Positions 40,186 through 53,838 are shown, counted from the first letter of the stretch. The stretch: DNA of 64,000 nt from Vicugna vicugna (GCA_013265495.1 MU057651.1:186001-250000), one strand, 5' to 3'. Made by a program: numbers and translations. Notes: a model not told the origin generated them from the letters alone.

Positions 40186-40361
40186 CAGGGGTTGGCAAAT
40201 TATAGCCTGTGGGCCAAATCTGGCCACTTATTTGTTTACATGTGGTGTATGGCTGCTTTCATGCTATGGTGACAGAGTTGAGTACTTGTGAGACTCTATA
40301 GCCCACAAAACTGAAAATATTTACTATCTGGACCTTTGCAGAAAACACTTTCTGATTGTTG
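40186..40361. mobile_element. MER58A-like hAT-Charlie MITE
   Basis: caggggttggcaaa...gggccaaatctggcc...aaaatatttactatctggacctttgcagaaaa. Confidence 0.9.
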
Positions 40362-40499
40362 CCCAACAAACCTTGGATAGCCTTCACTTTCTTATGACAT
40401 TGAAAATACATAGCCCTGATCTTTTTGCAGCTTCTAAGTTTTGGATACTTCTAATACTGCTCTGATTCTGCCGTGGTGAAAATGCTCTTTTCCTTTTTT

Positions 40500-40670
40500 G
40501 TCTTCATATATTTATTTGTATCTTTCTTATAATATTATCTGTGGTATTATGATCTTTTATGAGATTTAAGCTTACTGAAAACATCTCATTCATCTTTGTA
40601 TCTACATGTAACACAATGCTTTGCAAACAGTAGATATTCAATAAATCTTCATTGAAATGAATTGAATAAA
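40500..40670 (+). mobile_element. L2 3' end
   Basis: attcatctttgtatc...cagtagatattcaataaat...gaatt tail; similar ends at about 53200-53400 and 56030-56140. Confidence 0.7.
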
Positions 40671-43185
40671 GACTAAAATGTGAATATGAAAGCTCAGGAA
40701 AGGTTTCTCTGGTGGTTGAGATTGCTTAGGGAGGATTAGGGATGGGTGGCAGAGAGGTGAATGAAATCCTATGTAAAATTACATAAATGCAAAATATTAT
40801 AAATTCTGCTGAATTTATTATTTCCAAGGACCCAGTCACTTATCTATTATGTACCATAGTTTCTTTATCTGTGTGATATGGATACTATTTGCCAGTTACA
40901 GAACTATTTGGAATGTCTCAGACCCAGAATAAATAACTTGCAATTTATTAGCACTTGTTCTTACGAGGAATTCACACATTTGGTCAGTAAAAGTTTATCC
41001 AGTATTGACAGTGACAAAATAGTTGAAAACCATAGTTTTATGTAATAAACATGCTGTGACAAAAGGGTTTTTTTACCTTCATGTGTAACTTGTAGTCTAG
41101 AAGATGTAGTCTGAATGATGAAATTTTGGGGTTTTCAGGACTTTGGGGTGATTTATGCAGACCAGCAGACTGAATGTTACTTTGTCCTAAATTCCCGGTC
41201 ACCATGCAAATTGTCTCAGTCAGTATCATCTGAATTAATTTGAAATGTGGTTTTATCCTATCATGGAGGGTTAGGAGGTGGCTAGGCAGCATATGCTATT
41301 ATTTTTATCTTATAAATGAGAAGTTAAAGTATAATCTTATTGTCATTAGCAGGCCTTGATCCTGGCTCATCTGACATTAAGCTAAATCTTTCTGCTAAGA
41401 AACCCTTAAAATATGATACATAGTGTTTCATTTTGAGATATTTGTAAAAAGTATGATTTTCTAAAGAAAGTAACTTTAAGTGTACTTAAAATATTCTACT
41501 GCCTGATCTCCAAGTTTACCTGAGCCTGTATTTTCATCTGAAGTCTTCAAATTTTTTTTGTCCTGAAGGATTGTTCAATTAATGTCAGATTACTGGCTGT
41601 TCTAAAAAAAAGTAATTAAATGAGCCAATCATTTCAAATATAGAAGTGAGAATATGATTTAGTTGATTTCACAGTTAACAATTTAACTTTAGTAAAAAGC
41701 GGTTCCTAGTTTTCTCCATAGGCTTGTCTAACACAAGTGAATACCAGTTAAAGTACAATCTTTCCACTGAGGTTTAGACCATCATTTTTCTAATTATGGT
41801 ATAAATCCCTCAATGGAAAAAAAACCCCTTCATCTGCAAAGAAGTAATTCCCAACAGAAATCTTATGTATTGTAGAATACCAATTATTATGCATTTCTCA
41901 ATACCTTTGCCAAAGGAGGCATGCACCAGTCAGTACATTAAAATGATGGAGGTTAAGGGAAAGATAACTACACTGGGAACAAGTAAAAGCATTGAGTATA
42001 TAACATAACTCATTTCACTTTATATAATCTTGATTTTACTTCACTAAGTTTGGAGTGTTTTAGAATCTGTTTTCTGCTATCGGGTAAAATTAAGTGAAGT
42101 TTCTCTATTTCATGAAGAATAATGCACTCTTACTCAATCCTTTTAGTTTGTTGTCTGTATAAAATGGATTTATTGCTTCATGATATCATTTGGGTGGCAA
42201 TATAATCTAAGCCCCCCAGACTATTGGCTAGGTTTACATGTGATGATTTAACCAGACATTAATAAAGCCATTTCATTAACTAATCATAATGGCTCAATTA
42301 TTTGTGTGGTGATTTGTAAAAATTAGTTAGTTGGCTGAAATGAATTGATTTCCATGCTGTAATCAATTTACTTCATTCATTTAGAGATAGAGCATGAGTT
42401 CTTCATTAGAATGAAAATATGTCAATTAATTTTATCAAATTACTTTGAATAATTACAAATATAATTTGTATTAAAAATATAAAGTCACATTCTAAATACA
42501 ATAAGTATAAACAACATTTATTGACTATTAGGTAAATGATGATTGAAAACTCCAAAAATAGTAATTATCATATATCTCTTCTTTTTTAAGTCGATGTTTG
42601 GCATGTCACCATTGCAGACAGTTATTAATTCAACTTATACATGCCACTGTACTGGGTACTATTCACAGGCAATAAAACAAAATGATAATTGCCCCAAGAT
42701 GTTTATTAGCTATGAAAATCACCACTGACACAGACTTGAATGCCTCTTTATATGAAAATGCTGTTGTAACATCAGAGTTGGAAGAGAATTCATCTAGTCA
42801 AATTTCCTGCTCATTGTGGAAATCTCACCGGTAATTCCTGGAGTTACAAGACCCACCCTTATCTCCTTGACCCAGATCATATCCAACTTCAATTCGGATA
42901 CATAAACTGAGATACTGGCATACATATGTATATCTCCGGCATTTTGACCCTGGACATGTTCCTGAGAATTGATTGCAATTCAATCTTGTAACAGCTCCAC
43001 CTGATTATAAGGCATAAATTCAACAATATACAATTTCACTTACTCTCATGACTATTTTTAGATTTTCAGATGCATGTAATATGTTTTAATTTTTTATTAT
43101 TTACAATTATGCACTGAAGTTCCAATTGTAAATGCATGTAAGAAATCTTTCCAGAAGGTAAAAAGTTGAAGAAAAGCTAACTGAT

Positions 43186-43261
43186 TGAAATATACTTATA
43201 ATCCTCAGGGACTCTGAATCTCATGAAATATACTTGTAATCCTCAGATACTCTGAATCTCA
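43186..43261. repeat. 2 x 38-bp tandem duplication
   Basis: tgaaatatacttataatcctcagggactctgaatctca vs tgaaatatacttgtaatcctcagatactctgaatctca (3 mismatches). Confidence 0.95.
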
Positions 43262-44495
43262 GAAAGGTCTAAGATCGATTTTTAAACTTTTTCCCCAAAG
43301 TTACTAATTTCGCTCACTCACACATTTTTTTAAAGGGTGACAAAATAATTTATTAAGGATCTACTAACTGCTAGTCATTCTTACTTATATATTCTACTTA
43401 ATGCTAGCAGAATTATGAGGAAGAATTTGTTATCACTCTTACATAAATGAAAATTGTTCAAAGAGGTTAAATTAATTATCTAAGGCAACATAGGAAAAAA
43501 AGATAGGTTATAATTCTCTGAATTCAAATCTAGTTGTCTTTTTTGTGTATCAGGGTGTGAGGTAAAATCGCTGTCCAATAGGTAGCTTCACCTGTGCAAT
43601 ATGGGGTGGTGGGGAAAGAAAGTGAAATAACATAAGGGAGTTTGCCTATCCAGAGACAGAAACTAAACAACTAGCCAGCTGAGCACGTGCTATCGGGATA
43701 GGGTTGTCTAACTGGGGAGCAAGAAACTAGAAAGGATAAGATAGGGGTTTCACATTGATAAGTAAATGAGATGGAAGTCACAGTAATATTTGTAAGTGTT
43801 AGAGCAGAGATTCATCTCAAGACCTTCCTTTTTACCTCTAGGCTTATACAAACCTTTGTTCATATTTTTTCTTATGTCTAGAATGTTATTTCTCTCCAGC
43901 TTTTCCTGCAAAATTTATCAAGTTCCCCTCTAAGGCAATTACTAAATGAAGCATTTCATAATCCACTTCCTTTTCCCAGCAGGTGTGATCTTTCAGCTAT
44001 GGGATTGAAAGGCATTAGTGCTGGGATACAGGAGAGTGTTGCAGCTCTGTAATGGGATTGGAGTTGCCTTTGGACATCTTCTTTGGCCAGCTCTCTTGAT
44101 CAGCTTTTCTGAGATGCCAACAATGGTATCTGGAATGGTCCAGAATTCTTGCATTGACCCTAGGCTAACCTGGCAGAACCAAGAGAAGGTTGGGCGAATA
44201 TCATCTGTGCAGTCAACCATCAGAAACCAATGCAATAGCCTCACATCTCTTACTATATCTATTGCTGAATGTAAATGCTTGTATAATTCTTAGAGAAGAA
44301 GAATCAAAAGCTTTGTTGATTTGTGTCAGTTCACCTCATACTTTGATGTTAATATCTGTGCTCAAATGCACTCAGATTCCTAAATACTAATCTCATTTAA
44401 TACTTACCTGAAAGAAGAAATGAGAAGGTGAGGAAAGGAAGTGTCATAAATACTCGTCCAGATGCTCCTTTTGGCTCCTACATGGAAGGGTTAGT

Positions 44496-44812
44496 CCTGC
44501 ACTATCCACTATGATAGCCAATAGCTAACTGTGGCTATTGAATGCATGAAATATGGCTACTATCAATTGAGATATGCTGTAAGTGTAAATTAAAGACTGG
44601 TTTCAAAGGCTTAGTATGAAAAAAGGAATGTAAAATACCTTATTAACCATTTTAATATTAATTACATGATAATATTTTTGATATTTTGAGTTAAATAGGT
44701 TATTAAAATTAATTCCACCTATTCTTTTTATATTTTTAATATAGCCACTAGAAAATTTTAAATTACATATGTGGCTCACATTTGTGGCTTGGAAACATTT
44801 GTATTGTGCAGT
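44496..44812. mobile_element. MER33-like hAT-Charlie element
   Basis: tagcca...tgtggctattga...gagatatgctgtaagtgtaaa...aaattacatatgtggctcacatt. Confidence 0.85.
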
Positions 44813-44821
44813 CCTAGTTTA

Positions 44822-44973
44822 AATTCTTGCAACTCAGTGTGGTCGAAGGACCGGCAACATTAACATCATCTGAGAGCTAGCTAGGGATTACACCAGATCT
44901 GCTGAATCAGAATCTGCATTTAGTATGACCCACAGGTGATTCCTTTGTACTTTAAAGCTTGAGAAGCACTGCT
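44822..44973. mobile_element. MER5-like hAT-Charlie MITE
   Basis: ctgctgaatcagaatctgcattt...caggtgattc...tttaaagcttgagaagcactg; another degenerate copy at about 52545-52705. Confidence 0.85.
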
Positions 44974-45039
44974 CTAGACACTGCACAAAGTGACTGATTT
45001 TTGCCTCAATTGTAAGTAACATGAAAAAGTTTTGTGCTG

Positions 45040-48000
45040 TGTGATGGTTTTACATGTCAACATTACTAGGCTATGGTACCCAACTGTTTGGTCAAACATC
45101 AGTCTAGCTGTCACTGTGAAGTATTTTTTTTAATTGATGTATAGTTGATTTAAATATTATATAAGTTACAGGTATAGAACATAGTGATTCACAGTTTTTA
45201 AAGGTTGTACTCCATTTATAGTTATTATAAAATATTGGCTTTATTCCCTGAGCTGTACTTATTTACCCTTGTAGCTTATTTATTTTTTACATAGTAGTTT
45301 GTACCTCTTAATTCCTTATCCCTATCTTGCTTCTCCACCTTCCCTCTCCCCACTGGTAACCACTAGTTGGTTCTCTATATCTGTGAATCTGTTTCTTTTT
45401 TGTTATATTCATTAATTTGTTTTATTTTTTAGATTCCACGTATAAGTAACATTATACAGTATTTGTCTTTCTCTGTCTGACTTATTTCACTAAGCATAAT
45501 ATGCTCTAGGTCTATCCCTGTTGTTGTAAATGGCAAAAGTGCATTCTTTCTTATGGCTGAGTGATATTCCATTGTGTGTGTGTGTGTGTCTGTGTGTATC
45601 ACATCTTTTTTATCCAGTAATTTGTTGATAGATACTTAGGTTGCTTCCATATCTTAGCTATTATAAATAATGCTGCTATGAACATTGGGGTGCATATATC
45701 TTTTCAAATTAATGTTTTTGTTTTCTTCAGATATATACACAGGAGTGGAATTGTTGGGTTATATAGTAGTTCTAGTTCCATCTTTTTGTGCCATCTTCAA
45801 TTTCTTTCAGCAGTGTCTTACAGTTTTCCAAGTACAGGTCTTTTACCTCCTTAGGTAGGTTTATTCCTAGGTATTTTATTCTTTTTGATGTAACTGTAAA
45901 TGGGATTATTCCTTAATTTATCCTTTTGATATTTCATTGTTAGTATATGGAAATACAAAAGATTTCTGTATATCAATTTTGTATCCTGCAGCTTTGACAA
46001 ATTCATTTATGGCTCTAGTAGATTTCTAGGAGCATTTTTACAATTTTCTTGTACAGTATCATGTCATCTGCAAACAGCAACAGTTTTACTTCTTCCTTTC
46101 CAATTTGGATTCCTTTTATTTCTTTTTCTTGACTGATTGCTGTGGATAGAACCTCCAATAGTGTGTTAAATAAAAGTTACAAGAGTGGGCATCTTTCTCT
46201 TGTTTCTAATCTTAGAGGAAATATTTTCAGCTTTACATCATTGAGTATGATGTTAGCTGTGGGTTTGTCATATTTGGCCTTTATTATGTTGAGGTATGTA
46301 CCCTCTTTACCCACTTTCTGGAGAGTTTTTATTATAAATGGATATTGAATTTTTGTCAAAGATTTTTATGTATCTATTGAGATGATCATATGTTTTTTAT
46401 TCTTCAATTTGTAAATGTGGTGTATCACATTGATTTGTGGATATTGAAAAATCCTTGCATCCCTGGGATGAATCCCACTTAATCATGGTGTGTGGTCCTT
46501 TTAATGTATTGTTGGATATGGTTTACTAATATTTTGTTGAGGATTTTTACATCTGTGTTCATCAATTATATTGACCTGTAAGTTTCTTTTTTGTGATCTT
46601 TGGTTTTGTAGCAGGCTAATGCTGGCCTCATAGAATGAGTTTGGAAGTGTTCCTTCTTCTACCTTTTTTTTGGAAGTAGTTTGAGAAGTATAGGTGTTAA
46701 CTCTTCTGTAAATGTTAGGTAGAATTCACCTGTGAAGCCATCTGGTTCTGGACTTTTGTTTGTTGGGAGTTATTTATTACTGATTCAATTTCATTGCTGG
46801 TAATTAGTCTGTTCATATTTTCTGTCTTGTCCTGGTTCACTCTTGGGAGATTGTACATTTCTAAGAATTTGTTCATTTCTTCTAGGTTGTTCATTTTATT
46901 GACATATAGTAGTTCATAGTAGTCTCTCATGATCCTTTGTGTTTCTGTGGTGTGAGTTGTAACTTCTCCTTTTTTCATTTCTGATTTTATTGATTTAGGC
47001 CCTCTTTTTCTCTTGAGTCTGGCTAAAGGTTTATCAATTTTGTTTACCTTTTCAAAAAACCAGCTCTTAGTTTCATTGATCTTATCTATTTATTATTTTT
47101 ATTTTATTAATAAACATTTATTAAGAAATATTTATTATTTTGTTTCTTCTGCTAACTTTGGGTATTATTCTTCTCCTTCTAGTTCCTTTAGGTGTAAGGT
47201 AACTGGATAAGGAAGATGTGGTGTGCATATACATACATACATGCATACATACATACATACAATGGAATACTACTCAGCCATAAAAAAGAATGAAATAATG
47301 CCATTTGCAGCAACATGGGTGGACCTGGAGATTATCATTCTAAGTGAAGTCAGCCAAAAACAATTACTGTTTTTGAAATCATATTTTGCACCTGATTGTT
47401 TTATGTATTCCTTAGCTGCTTATTATGGTTACAGATGATATTTTACTACTTTTCCCTTTTAACCTTCCTACTAGTTTTGTGTGTGGATACTTTACTACCT
47501 TTATATTTGCCTTTACCAATGAGTTTTTTCCTTTTGTAATTTTCATGTTTCTGGTTGTGGTGTTTTCTTTTTTGCTTAGGGAAATCTCTAACATTTGTTT
47601 CTTGTAAAGCTGGTTTGGTGGTGCTAAACTCTTTTGACTTTTGTTTGTCTGTAAACATTTTGATCTCTCTATCAAATCTGAACAAGAGCCTTGCTGGGTA
47701 GAGTTATTTTGGGTTGTAGATTTTCCCCTTTCATCACTTTAAATATATTGTTTGACTCTCTTCTGGCCTGCAGAGTTTCTACTAAAAAGTCAGTTAATAG
47801 ACTTACGAGAGTTCCCTTGTATGTAACTTGTTGCATTTCCCTTGCTGCTTTTAATATTCTTTATCTTTAATTTTTGCCATTTTAATTACAGTGTTTCTTG
47901 ATATGTTCCTCTTTAGGTTAATCCTGTTTGGGACTCTGTACATACTGCAGTTGGATGTCTGTTTCCTTTCCAAGGTTAGGGAAGTTTTAAACTATTGTGT

Positions 48001-50478
48001 CTTAGATATGTTCTTAGCCCCTTTGTCTCTCTCTTCTCCTTATGAGAACCCTATTATGTGCATATTAGTCTGCTTGATATTTTCCAGAGGTCTCTTAAAC
48101 TGTCTTCATTTCTTTTCATTCTTTTTTCCCTCTATTCAGCATCAGTGATTTCCACTACTCTGTCTTCTACCTCACTGATCCGTTCCTCTGTATCATTTAG
48201 TCTACTGTTGATTACTTCTAGTTTTTCATTTCAGTTATTGTATTCATCATCTCTGTTTGGTTGTTTTTATATTTTCTAACTCTTTGTTAAAAACTCAACT
48301 TCTTGCTCTGTGTATCCATTCTTTTCCCAAGTTCTTTGATCATCTTTACAGTCATACCCTGAATGCTTTCTCAGGTAGATTGCCTATCTCCATTTCACTT
48401 AGTTCTTCTTCTGGGATTTTATCGTGCTCATTTGAAACATGTTCCTCTGTTGCCTCATTTTACCTAACTTGCTGTTTTTATTTATATGTATCTACTAGGG
48501 TGGTTACATTTCCCATCCTTGGAGAAGTGGCCTTTTCTAGGGTATGTCCTATGCATCCCAGCAGTGCACTCTGCTCTCATCACCAGATCTATATGCTCTA
48601 GGGGTGCACCCTATTGGGCTGCCTGGATCCTTTTGTTGTGGCAGGCTGACTACTGCAGGCAGTAGGCTTAGTTGGCCTCCAGTCCTATTGCTTGTCAGGC
48701 CCTGTCTTATGTGGAGACTGCTGGCTGCTGATTGGCAAGGCCAGGTCATGATATAGTTAGCTGAAGAACCCTGGTGGGCTCTGAGGCTAATGCTGGCTCA
48801 CTAATGGGTGGAGTTGGGATCCAGGTGACCCCAGGGTTGGTGCCTGCCCACTGGTGGGTGAAGCTAGGTCCTGAGCCTAGTGCCGGTCCACTGGTGGGCA
48901 GAGCCAGATCCTTGGGTCTGGCTGCATGGCCCAAGAGTTCCAGAGCTGGTGTCAGACCACTGGTGGGTGGAACCAGTTCTTGACACAGCTGATTGCAGAG
49001 TCCAGCATGTCCTGACACTTGTGTTGGCCTGCTAGTGGGCAGGGCCAAGGCCCAGCCAGTCCCAGGCCTGCTGTTGGGTGGGCTGGGTCCACAGGCTATA
49101 GAGCTGTGTTTGTCATGTGACTGGTGTCCACCTGCAAGAGAGGGAGTCTAGAGCAAGCTCATTGGCAAGTAGGCCAGGAATTCTGGGCCTGGTACCTTCC
49201 CACTGGTGGATAAAGCTGGTTTCTGGGGTCTCTGGCTGCAGGGCCCTGGGGGTCCTGTGTGTAGTGCCTGTGCACTAGTGTGTAACGCTAGGTCCTGGGC
49301 CCTCTGGTGGGCAGGGCTATGTCCATGGGCAGCTTTGGGCTCAAAGGATTGTAAGGCAGCCTGTCAACTGGTAGGTGGGGCTGTGTCTCAACGCTGTAAG
49401 TTTCTTGGCATGAGGCATCCCAGTACTGGTGCCTACAGGCTTTTGGGTTGGAGCAGGGCTACGTCCTGAGGTTCATAAACTAGAGGAAGGATTCCAAAAT
49501 AGAACTTGCCAGCAACAGTCTCCACATGTTAGAATGAGCTCCCGCAGATGGCTGCCACCAGTGTCTGTGTCCCCAGGGTGAGCTACAGTTGCCTCCTGCC
49601 TCTCTGGGAGACTCTCCAGATCAACAGGTAGGTCTGACTCAGGCAGGCTCCTTTCAAGTTACCGCTTCTGCCCTGGATCCTGGAGCATGTGAGATTTTGT
49701 GTGCATCCTTTAAGAGTGGAGTCTATTTCCCCCAGCCTTCTGGGACTCCCAAAAGTAAGTCAAAAAGTAAGTAAGGCCTTCAAAGTCAAATGTTCTGGTG
49801 ACTTGTCTTCCCAGTGCAGGATCCCCAGTCTGGAGAGCCCAGTGTGGGGTTCAGACCCCTCACTCCTTTGGGAGAACCTCTGCAATTATGATTATGCCCC
49901 CATCTATGGGTCCCCACCCAAAGGTATGGGGCTTGACTATATTGCAACTCCACCCATCCTACCCGTATCATCTCATTATGGTTCCTCCTTTATTTCTTTT
50001 AGTCGTAGAAGGTCTTTTCTGGAATGGCTTTTTCATTGATGGATATTATGTAAATAGTTGTAATTCTGGTGTGCCTGTGAGAGGAGGTGAGGTGTGTCTT
50101 TCTACCATCTTGGCTGATCTCCTGTGAATGTATTTTTTTAGTAGTGATTAATATTTACAATCAATAGACTTTGAGTAAAGCCAAATTACCCTGGATAATG
50201 TGGATAGGCCTCATTCAATCAGTTGAAGATCTTAAGAGCAAAACTGAGGTTTCCCAAAGAAGAAGCCATTCTGCCTTAGATTGCAACATAGAAGAAACCT
50301 TGCCTGAATTTCCTCCCTGCTGGCATGTAGATTTCAGACTCAAGACTGCAACATTAACTGTTACCTGAATTTCCAGTTTCCTGCTTGCCCCACACATTTC
50401 AGACTTGCCAGGACCCACAATTGTATGAGTCAAATTAAGTTCCCCCTCTATTTGCCTAGAGAACCCTGACTAATACAG
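45040..50478 (+). mobile_element. MLT2-like ERVL LTR split by an L1 (halves 45040-45130 and 50122-50478)
   Basis: tgtgatggtttt...ttggtcaaacatcagtctag start; gagaaccctgactaataca end. Confidence 0.85.
45131..50121 (-). mobile_element. Full-length-derived, internally deleted L1 (GC-rich 5'UTR about 48500-50121, ORF1 remnant, partial ORF2, 3'UTR)
   Basis: Minus-strand 5' end gagatcagcCAAGATGG (YY1-type); ORF1 peptide IKMFTDKQKSKEFSTTKPALQE; ORF2 peptides at 46177 and 46715; TSD ctgtgaa(t)gtattttttt. Confidence 0.9.
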
Positions 50479-51127
50479 GCTGCTTCACTTATCATGGTCC
50501 TAGGTACCAAATCTCAAGTGTGTTCTTTTGCTTCACTCTTTAGTTCTGGCATATCGCTCACCTGGATTTTTAATCAAGTCTCATTCCTTTCTCTTGTTCT
50601 ACACTAGAGTTGGATTCTTGACTTCCCCAAAGATAATTAGTGTTAAAGGGTAATTTCAAAAATATAAAATCATGATTTATACAAATATAAAATAAACACA
50701 CATCAGAGGTTTTATTTAACTCACATTAATGATTGAAAAAGTAAGATACTGGTTCAAAGGAGAATCCAAATAATCAGCGCATGTATAGGTAATCAAATGG
50801 ATTTCCTGAAAGATGCAAAACTGAGCAGTACTCACAGGGAAATAAAATGTGCTGTGTGGAATCATCTTTTTTTCAATCAGTTGCGTCTCCAACCAGAAAA
50901 AAAATTCATTTGCATCTCTCTAGATAAAAAAATAGTTTGCATTATTATCAGTTTTCTACAACGTACAGGATTATAAAATAGCCCAAAGAGATTGCAAAGC
51001 ATAGATCTTAATAGAATAGGATAATCCCTGGAGGTCTGCTAGACAACATCTAGCATTCCATTGAAAGGACACCTAGTAATCTTTTGCCTATTTTTTTAAA
51101 GTGTTTCACAATTTTTACAGAACATCC

Positions 51128-51552
51128 TGTTAATCAAGCAATATTAAGTTTGTTAAACTTACTGAAGTATAAGAGAAAACTTCCTTGACTGTTTCAAAAT
51201 GGAGAAATTAAGGAAGGGTGTTTATAGGGTCGTTAGGGGTTTAGAGCCTGGAATGGGTGATTTTAAGGTGATTTTCAAAGCAAGAATCTGCTGCAGGTTG
51301 GGCAGAGTTTATGATGGAATGGCTTGGGATTGGTGAGCACAGCAAGGATGAGAATCTTGAAGTGAATCTTGACAATCAGACTATTTTAGTTGGCTTATCT
51401 TCTAAGAGCAAGTATTTCCTGCAGTGAGAAGCTAAATTTTTATGCCTAGTCCTAGTTTAAGGACCGGAAAGCATTCCTGGTGTCAGTATTACTTAACAGA
51501 GGGACAGGAAAATACGCCAGAGATAGGAAATTACATTGGTTTCAGTTCTCAC
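51128..51552 (-). mobile_element. Probable degenerate ERV1-type LTR
   Basis: tgtt start, ggtttcagttctca end, LTR-like composition. Confidence 0.45.
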
Positions 51553-51674
51553 GAGTATCGGATACCCAATTATGTGTATACATCCTTGCTTTATTTGCCT
51601 ATTTTCAAGCAAAAATTCCTGCTCTGGCTGTTAATACTTGAACGCACTCCATTCTAAAATGGTTTCTTGCTCTG

Positions 51675-52261
51675 TGTTGGGATACACTCAGAACCCCATA
51701 GTTGGTATAAAGATTATTTTAAGCTGAAGACATTTGAGATTCAACAGATACAGAAAGGAGGCATCTCAGTATTTCCCGTATCTGACTAAAAGCAGAAACT
51801 TCTGAGAAATGAAGACTGCCATAAATTCCCTCTTGGAGGGAGGCTTCTACTCCCAGGAGAGAGCGACCAAGAGTAAACCTACCATAAATCTCTCTGGGTG
51901 AGTTTCATGACCACAAAGAGGACAGAAAGACCACTCACAGCTGCATAAACAAAATTATCACAAACTTTCTTATCTCTAATTTGTTCTTCTGAAACTCATT
52001 TATCTTTCCTAAAGAAACCTGTTTGTTCTTCCCATAGAAGCCCTTTCCCCTCTTCCTTTCCCCTACTAAGTTAGGTATATAAGCCCCAAATTCTAACTAC
52101 CCTTTGAGTGCATCAATAAGCACTCCCTCATCTATGCACTTTGCACATGTAAATAAACTCTGGTTTTTTTCCTCTTGCTAATCTGTCTTTTGTCAGTTTA
52201 ATTCACATGTCCTCAGACAGTAAACTCAAGAGGGTAGAGCAAAAGTTTTTCCTTCCCTACA
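51675..52261 (+). mobile_element. MER34/MER39-like ERV1 solo LTR
   Basis: TG...CA termini; TCTG/CCTG flanks; TATATAA near 52076; AATAAA near 52152. Confidence 0.8.
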
Positions 52262-53838
52262 CCTGCAAACTGCAACGTGCTGTTACCTATATTGTATGAA
52301 CCTGCCTTTCTCCTAAAATTCTAAGAAACTTTTTTGAGTAAATGTGTGCTTTGTGAATTCTTACTCCTGCAAAGAAAGAAATTAAAATTAAATTAGTTTG
52401 AACTTTTATATTTACCCTATCTCATACTTGTAGTTATATCTGCAGGTAAACCTGTCTACAAATTTTCTTAGGCAATTAAATTTGCAATTGCTTCTCAGTT
52501 CTGTGGTGCTCTAGAAAACAAATCATCTTAGCTGCACTTTTAGGCTAAATTCTCTAAAACATCACCTGAGGAATTTGTATAAAGTGCAAATTCCTGTGTC
52601 CCTCCTCCCCTCTCCATATATTCTGATTCACTAAGCGGGAGTCCAGGGGTTAGAATAAGCACCCCCCAGGTATGAAATTTAAGCATGCTACACTTTAGAA
52701 AGGCTACCCTAAAAAATACCAAAAATAACTAGACCAAATCTAGACATTTGGAAAAAAAAAGTCATCTTTTTTTAAAAATCTCATTTGATGCTCTTTTGAA
52801 ATATTGGGGAAATTTATAATATGGTTGTAACCTTGGAATAAAATTTTTTCAGATCAGCATTTGCTGTATTCACATTAACATCTTTTTGAAATACTCAAGT
52901 GGCTATAGCTAGTCCTGGTTTGGAATACATACCTGTTTAATTTTATATTCACAACATAAAAGCATCTTGCCTATAGACCTGCTGAAACAGGAAACCAAGT
53001 TTATCACTTTATGTCAAGGTGCTGAAGAAAAGGTGTATTTTTTGTAATGCTAATGAAAGAAAATATACATTTTTTGTTATGTAAAAGTTGGTGTACGTAT
53101 ATTTTACTGATTCTTTCTGACAATAATGCCCCTTCCTTCTTCTTTGCTTGGTAATTCTTTCAAAAGTCACCTCCTGCTACCTTCTTCTTTGACTTTCATT
53201 CCCTTTCTTTGTTTCATCATAATCACTTTTTTATTTGTACTTTTTCATAGTACTCTGTGTTTGCATTATATATTTTATATTGTAATTAATTTGTTATATG
53301 TCTGCCTTCCCTGCTAGACTGTAAACCTCTCCAGGGCAGAAATCATGGTATAATTATTTTTGTGACCTCAGTCCCTAACTTATTATTCCATTCAGGAGTC
53401 ATTTCATGATTTGATATCTCTATACATAAGCATCTCTACAGAATGCCAAACCAGCTTTGTGAATATAACCCTGGACTTCATCAGGCACCTTCCCTTAACA
53501 ATGATAAGCTAAAGATTTTTGCATCCTAATAATTTCTGTTGATGACTGGATATGTGACTGTTTCATTGCTAGACTTCTTTGAAAACTGGTAAATTCTAAA
53601 AGACAATTAAGTTCCTGTTTTCAGATTGTAAGTTACTAATGAAGAAAATAAACAAAACAAAAAGTGCCATATAACAACTACCTAAAATAAAGGGATGATT
53701 GAGTGAATCATTTGTTTTCTTCTTCCTAATAAGATGGTGTTCAACAATATGGTGTTTCTGTCAGCTTAAATTTTCTAAAGGCTGCTTTGTCTGATTCTGC
53801 TGGCTAATGTTAGTGTTCATAAACTAGGCAGTGCTATT

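Noticed and set aside
48544..50127. Cluster of 60-116 aa ORFs in GC-rich DNA
   Set aside because: They lie in the L1 5'UTR; chance ORFs due to GC content
53610..53632. ttttcAG-ATT-GTAAGT possible 3-nt microexon
   Set aside because: No coding context; short pyrimidine tract; likely chance
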